From: an uncultured Alphaproteobacteria bacterium
Lineage (GTDB): Bacteria; Pseudomonadota; Alphaproteobacteria; Acetobacterales; Acetobacteraceae
Length of the DNA stretch: 64,000 nucleotides
Direction of reading: 5' to 3'
NCBI GenBank assembly: GCA_963848205.1
Contig: CAWKCV010000002.1
Location: forward strand, 195,817 to 259,816
In this document: positions 59,427 through 64,000 of the stretch, piece after piece
How positions within the stretch are numbered: position 1 is the first letter of the stretch
Layout of the letters: the number at the start of each line of letters is the position of its first letter
The notes under the pieces: model-generated
Database searches by the model: none
The model's input: the letters and a program-made list of their open reading frames with translations, nothing else
Told to the model about the DNA's origin: nothing
Program-made: the position numbers and the translations under genes

Positions 59427-62400
59427 CTACAGCTTGAATTTCACACCGAGGAAGAATCGGCGTCCGCTGTCGTCGTAGGTAAATGGCTCGTTGGGATATT
59501 GCAGATAGGTGTGCTGGGCGGCATCGGTCACGTTCTGTGCCGAGAAGACCAAGCCCAGCTTGCGATTGAGGTCGTAGCCCAACTGCAGGTCCAACTGGCC
59601 ATACGGCGCCTGAAACACTTCGTAGGTTTTACCGCCGAAGGTGAATGTGGAACCGCCGATCCCGTCGTTGATCGCCTTGCTGCGCCAGGAATACGAAGCG
59701 CGCGCGTTGAAGCCGAAGCGCTCGTAGAACAGTGTGGCCGTGACCGCGTTGCGCGAGACGCCGGGGATCGGGGTTTGATCCGAAAAGCTCGATTTCTGAT
59801 CGGAGAGCGAGTCGGCATAGGTGTAGTTGCCGGCAAATCCCAATCCCTGCATCCAAGGCTGTATGCGACCGTCGAAGATATATTGCAGGCCGAGTTCGAT
59901 GCCGGCGATCTGGCCATGCCCGGCATTGACGGGGGTGGAGATATTGGCAGTTGTGCCGCCAAAATCGTCGGCGATCTGCGTGGGGATGTTCTTGTATATC
60001 TCGAAGCTGTCCACCTGCTTGTAGAAACCGGCGACGCTGGCGATCGAGCCGCGGGCGAAGTAGTTCTCGTATGAGACATTGGCCTGGGTGGCGCGGTAGG
60101 GATCGAGGTTCGCGTTGCCGGACGAGCCGCCGTCGAAATAGAAGCCGGTCGTCGAACCCGACGCCGTTGTTTTTCTCACCGAGGTGGGCTGCGCAGTGCC
60201 GCGCGTAAAGTTGTAGGATTGGCCAAGGCCGAGCGCGGTCAGATCGGCGGGCGAGACGACGCGTGCGGCCGAGATACGCAGCTTCTGATCCTCGGAGACA
60301 TCCAGCACGAAATTCAGTGTCGGCAGGATATCCTGATAGCTGCGGTTTCTGCTGAACGGGATGTTGTTGGAGTTGACACCGTTCCAAGGTTCCGCGCCAT
60401 AGAATGTCGGCACTTCGGCGGCCGCCGCACCATTGACCGTCAATTCCGTATTGACGAAGCGCACGCCGAAATTGAGGTGAAAGCGATTCACGGGCGCGCC
60501 GATATCGGCCATCAGATAACCGGCCGTCGTCTTTTCGGTGATGCCGAACGAGCTCAGGCTATCGTTGAACAGACGCTCGGTGTTGTTCGGCACGCCGGCG
60601 CCTGCCCACACCGAATTTAGGAAGGTGGCAGGGTTGGACAACGCGTTGCCGTCCTTGACGAGGAAAGGCTGGCCATTGAAGCCGATAACCTTCTTGACCA
60701 GACCTGGATTGCTGGTCGCCGTCGAGTACGGAATGTAGGTGGTGCCCTGCCCGCAGCCGCCATTCGGCCCGCCGCCTGCGCAGTAGCCGGGATCCTGGTA
60801 ATAGACGTAGGTGCCGCTATTCGGGTTGTTGGTGCCACCCGCAACGAGGCCATTGCTCTCGAGACCGTCGATCAGGTATTTGCCGTGATTGACCTCTTCG
60901 GCACGGCTGCCATAGCGAAAGCCAAACGATGCCGTGGCGTCCACATCCTTGATGAAGGTAAGGTCGCGCTCGGCATCCGCACGCAGCGAGAAATCGCGCG
61001 CCACGTTATGGTCGGCGAAGGCGAAGTTGGACTTGAACGTGGTGTAGTTCGGGTTGCTCAATATGTCCTTCAGCGCGCCCAGGTAGCTGTAATTCGGCAG
61101 TCCTGAGTCACCACCGTTGGTATAGTGGAACTGGTAGGGTGGATTGCCGAGGCCGGAGCCGCAGGTGCCGCCACCGTTGTTGCAGCCCGGCGCGGTCGGC
61201 TGCGTGGGTTGGGTGCCGTTATTGTAGAGATAAAGGCCGTGCTCGGTGTCGGCGGATGCGGATTGCGAATCGTAGGTCGCGTAGGCGTAGGCACCGTCTA
61301 TGCTGCCGCGCCATGGGCCGCCATTGTTGAACACCGTCTTGAGCTGGAAGTTGTTGGCCTCCGTCGTGGTACCCTGATAGAGCGACGCGGTTTCGGCACC
61401 GGTAGCCGTGAACGTGCCGTTCTGAACCACACCGTTCTGGTCGATCTGGTAAGGCTTGGTCGGGTCGATGCCGGTCGGCGGATTGTTCGCGCCACCGTTC
61501 CAATACAGCTTGTTTGCATACTGCACATTGGTCTCGTCCTCGTGCGAGTAGAACCAATTGCCATATATCTTGATGTCATCGGTCACCTTGTAGGCCACGC
61601 CGAACGAGGCGCCGAGGTCCTTCCGGGTATCGTCGATGTCGGTGAAATACTGCAATTGCGGCTCGAGATACCGGCGGCCGATGGTGGTGTATTGCGAGGC
61701 GGTGAGCGGGCCGCCGGTAAGTATCTGCGCCGAGTTGGTCAGGTTCCAGCCGGAACGATTGTAGTCCTGCACTTCGTTCGTGTGCGTATGCAAATCCTCG
61801 TAGGAGAAACTGGCAGTGACAGCCAGACGATCGTTGAACTTGTAGCCGCCGACGATCGTGCCGTTCGGAGTCCAATTGCCGGTATTGTCGGTCGTGGATT
61901 CACGGAAATTGCCGCCGAGATTGAGGCCGGTCGTCTGGTCGAGCGGATCGCGTGTTTTCAGATCGATCGTGCCGCCGAGACCACCTTCGGTGATCGAGGC
62001 TTTCGGCGACTTATAGACGTCGATGCCGCCGATCTCCTCGCTCGGTATGCCTTGCAGCGAGTTGAACTGCACGTTGCTGCCGGCGCCGTTGCCGGCCGCC
62101 TCGCCCGATGAATAGAACTCTCGGCCGGTGGCAAACACATCGCCGTTCAATGTGGTGAGGTTATAACGCAGGCCGTCGATCAGCACGGCGGTGCCCTCGC
62201 CTGCCGGCCCGCGGTCGATCTGCACGCCGGGCAGACGCTGCAGTGCCTCGGCCACGTTGGTGTCGGGCAGTTTGCCAATATCTTCGGGTGCGACGGACTC
62301 AATCTGGAGATTGGAATTGCGCTTGCGGTTCAGTGCGGATTCAAGCGACTTCCGGTAGCCTTGGACGATGACCGTTTCGGGCTCGGCGGTCGGCTGCTTG

Positions 62401-62723
62401 TCGGTAATGTCGGTGGCTGGGCCTTGCGTTTCGCCCGCAGCCTTGGCCGGCGTGCTCAATTGCGCCACTTTGGTAGGCTGGCTGGCCGGTCGCGGCTTGG
62501 CGCTGACGTGCCGCTTCCTGGCAGCATGCACGCGCGTGGCCTTGGAGGACACCGTAGCACCTGATACGGCCGGGCCGGCAGCCGAAGCGGGCGCAGCACT
62601 CGCTGCAGCCGGTTGAGTTTGCAGGATTTGCGCAGCCGAAGGCGTGGTGGACATGGCGAAAGCCGTCAATGAGCAGCCTGCCAACAACACCGCGCGTTGC
62701 CTAAACGTGTGGACTTGCATCAC
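59427..62723 (-). CDS. TonB-dependent outer-membrane receptor (carbohydrate-type, 1098 aa)
   Basis: Signal peptide, ~90-aa Ala/Pro-rich spacer, ETVIVQGYRKS TonB-box/plug region, DTNVAEALQRLPGVQIDRG, and a long beta-barrel. C-terminus reads ...FFLGVKFKL, a terminal Leu rather than the usual aromatic residue. Confidence 0.9.
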   Translation of the reverse strand: MMQVHTFRQRAVLLAGCSLTAFAMSTTPSAAQILQTQPAAASAAPASAAGPAVSGATVSSKATRVHAARKRHVSAKPRPASQPTKVAQLSTPAKAAGETQGPATDITDKQPTAEPETVIVQGYRKSLESALNRKRNSNLQIESVAPEDIGKLPDTNVAEALQRLPGVQIDRGPAGEGTAVLIDGLRYNLTTLNGDVFATGREFYSSGEAAGNGAGSNVQFNSLQGIPSEEIGGIDVYKSPKASITEGGLGGTIDLKTRDPLDQTTGLNLGGNFRESTTDNTGNWTPNGTIVGGYKFNDRLAVTASFSYEDLHTHTNEVQDYNRSGWNLTNSAQILTGGPLTASQYTTIGRRYLEPQLQYFTDIDDTRKDLGASFGVAYKVTDDIKIYGNWFYSHEDETNVQYANKLYWNGGANNPPTGIDPTKPYQIDQNGVVQNGTFTATGAETASLYQGTTTEANNFQLKTVFNNGGPWRGSIDGAYAYATYDSQSASADTEHGLYLYNNGTQPTQPTAPGCNNGGGTCGSGLGNPPYQFHYTNGGDSGLPNYSYLGALKDILSNPNYTTFKSNFAFADHNVARDFSLRADAERDLTFIKDVDATASFGFRYGSRAEEVNHGKYLIDGLESNGLVAGGTNNPNSGTYVYYQDPGYCAGGGPNGGCGQGTTYIPYSTATSNPGLVKKVIGFNGQPFLVKDGNALSNPATFLNSVWAGAGVPNNTERLFNDSLSSFGITEKTTAGYLMADIGAPVNRFHLNFGVRFVNTELTVNGAAAAEVPTFYGAEPWNGVNSNNIPFSRNRSYQDILPTLNFVLDVSEDQKLRISAARVVSPADLTALGLGQSYNFTRGTAQPTSVRKTTASGSTTGFYFDGGSSGNANLDPYRATQANVSYENYFARGSIASVAGFYKQVDSFEIYKNIPTQIADDFGGTTANISTPVNAGHGQIAGIELGLQYIFDGRIQPWMQGLGFAGNYTYADSLSDQKSSFSDQTPIPGVSRNAVTATLFYERFGFNARASYSWRSKAINDGIGGSTFTFGGKTYEVFQAPYGQLDLQLGYDLNRKLGLVFSAQNVTDAAQHTYLQYPNEPFTYDDSGRRFFLGVKFKL

Positions 62724-62872
62724 ACCCTCCCGGAGGAATTTGTTTCTTACGCGCTCTTGCTGAGCGTCGGTCGCACCCGCATCGGGTGTGTGGTGTCCAG
62801 AAAACGAGTTTTCCGAAACCCCACGCTTCGAGACGGTCTCATCGGGCAGCAGTTATCTGCAACACCACAGTA

Positions 62873-62904
62873 ACATTACGACCAATTGATAGCGCTGTCA
62901 ATTG
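62873..62904 (-). promoter_or_regulatory. sigma70-like promoter (TTGACA-17-TAATGT on the minus strand) overlapped by a 22-bp LacI-type palindrome
   Basis: Minus strand reads TTGACAGCGCTATCAATTGGTCGTAATGT. The palindrome CAATTGATAGCGCTGTCAATTG (62883-62904) has one mismatched pair. ~150-180 nt upstream of the receptor ATG. Confidence 0.6.
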
Positions 62905-63130
62905 ACGTGACCGCGTCTTTTAGACTTCGATAAAAAGCGTTCTCGCAGCATCCCAAAGGTCGGTGTTGCAGTGCGAAACTCGGCCCACGCATGCCGGACC
63001 GGCTCGGCGACCGCGTTTGCCCCGCCACTGTATCGCGGCATGAGATGAGCCGTTGATTGCCCTGGAGACGAAGCGGCAGGTTGGTCGTGGCGAATTGGGC
63101 CAGTTGCGACCCTACGCCTCGATGGGGGCA

Positions 63131-63204
63131 TGTCCCCGGCGGGATTCGAACCCACGGCCCCCAGATTAGGAATCTGGTGCTCTATCCGGCTGAGCTACGG
63201 AGAC
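63131..63204 (-). tRNA. tRNA-Arg (anticodon CCT), 74 nt, CCA not encoded
   Basis: Minus-strand cloverleaf folded by hand: acceptor GTCTCCG/CGGGGAC; D arm GCTC-AGCCGGATA-GAGC; anticodon arm CCAGA-TTCCTAA-TCTGG; variable loop GGGCC; T arm GTGGG-TTCGAAT-CCCGC; discriminator A. Confidence 0.93.
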
Positions 63205-63341
63205 CTATGGCCCGGTGCATAGCGCAAACCGCGCGTCGCGTCAGCCTCTGGCGGTCAAGCCATTTTTGCGTGCTGGGGCGCCATGTGCAACCTGCTGGTG
63301 ACGCCCCATCTCCGGAACAGCAAGAAAAGCAAGGCCATCAA

Positions 63342-64000
63342 TGATCGACGCCGCGGCGCTGCATCGCGCCACCCTGACACTGGACAGCCACATCGACATT
63401 CCCTGGCCGCATACGCCGGACCCGTTCACCCAGACCAGCCGGCACGTGGATTTGCCGAAGATGCGGGCGGGCGGGCTGGATGCCGGCTGCTTCGTCGCGT
63501 TCGTGCCGCAGTCGGGGCGGACGGCGGCCCAGGGCGACGAAGCCTGGCTGCGTGCGACTGCCATGCTGCGCGCGATCCGGACCATGGGTGACACGCGTGG
63601 TGGCATCACCGCACGCGTCTGCAGCTCGGCCGACGCGATCGAGCAGGCGCATCAGGCCGGCGCGCTGGCGGTGGTGCCGGCCGTGGAGAACGGCCATGCG
63701 GTGGGCGGCGACCTCTCCCGCCTGGCCAAACTGCGCGACCTTGGTGCGATCTATATCACGCTCACCCATAACGGGCACAATCTACTGGCTGACAGCGCCA
63801 ATCCGCGGCGCGACCTGGGCGATCAGGAAAGCCTGCATGGGGGGCTCTCACAGCTTGGCCGCGAGGCGGTGGCGGAAATGAACCGCCTGGGCATCCTGGT
63901 GGACGTCTCCCATCTATCGCGCCGGTCAATGCTGCAATGCGTGCAATTGTCACGCAGCCCGGTGGTGGCCACCCACTCCTGCGTGGCCTCCCTTTGCCCG
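63342..64000 (+). CDS. membrane dipeptidase (peptidase family M19), N-terminal ~219 aa (3' end lies outside the window)
   Basis: My own translation from ATG 63342: MIDAAALHRATLTLDSHIDIPW ... VENGHAVGGDLSRLAKLRDLGAIYITLTHNGHN ... GILVDVSHLS ... PVVATHSC. Open to the window end. Confidence 0.8.

Noticed and set aside
62898-63155. 85-aa ORF on the minus strand between the receptor promoter and the tRNA
   Set aside because: It overlaps the 3' end of tRNA-Arg, has no ribosome-binding site and has Arg/Pro/Ala-rich composition.

Overview
High-GC chromosomal segment with alphaproteobacterial gene order. All product calls come from reading the supplied translations and the DNA by eye; no database search was run. 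Content, left to right: (1) the end of a Calvin-cycle cbb operon (FBPase, phosphoribulokinase, class II aldolase, phosphoglycolate phosphatase); (2) maeB, mutS, glnD; (3) an orphan 637-codon repeat-module, adhesin-like ORF; (4) glyQ, then a TPP riboswitch with thiS-thiG; (5) an accessory patch at 16-24 kb (GT2 plus methyltransferase, ABC-2 exporter plus histidine phosphatase, SYLF protein, Baeyer-Villiger monooxygenase, stress/PepSY pair); (6) RNase P RNA; (7) a complete, gap-free dcw cluster mraZ-rsmH-ftsL-ftsI-murE-murF-mraY-murD-ftsW-murG-murC-murB-ddl-ftsQ-ftsA-ftsZ; (8) lpxC, bamD, recN, ligA, aguA-aguB; (9) a sugar locus (GluP-like MFS, LacI regulator, GPH-like MFS, GH3 ExoP-like beta-glucosidase, tryptophan-halogenase-like flavoprotein, TonB-dependent receptor); (10) tRNA-Arg(CCT) and a partial M19 dipeptidase. 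I see no CRISPR array, IS element, integrase, prophage or recognisable defence or toxin system, so I cannot claim a clear-cut novel system. Signals not explained by the gene calls: (a) a dispersed ~43-nt palindromic element with an A/T core, 11 copies, all at gene boundaries, twice as inverted pairs; (b) an apparent +1 frameshift 10 codons into ftsW; (c) the orphan adhesin-like ORF beginning in a G8 tract; (d) a nearly identical LacI-type palindrome in front of both the GluP-like gene and the TonB-receptor operon; (e) a halogenase-like gene with intact halogenase motifs inside that sugar operon; (f) four 10-bp-phased TGGGN repeats (MraZ-operator-like) plus a perfect DnaA box upstream of mraZ; (g) a third-codon-position GC trough inside the dcw cluster.
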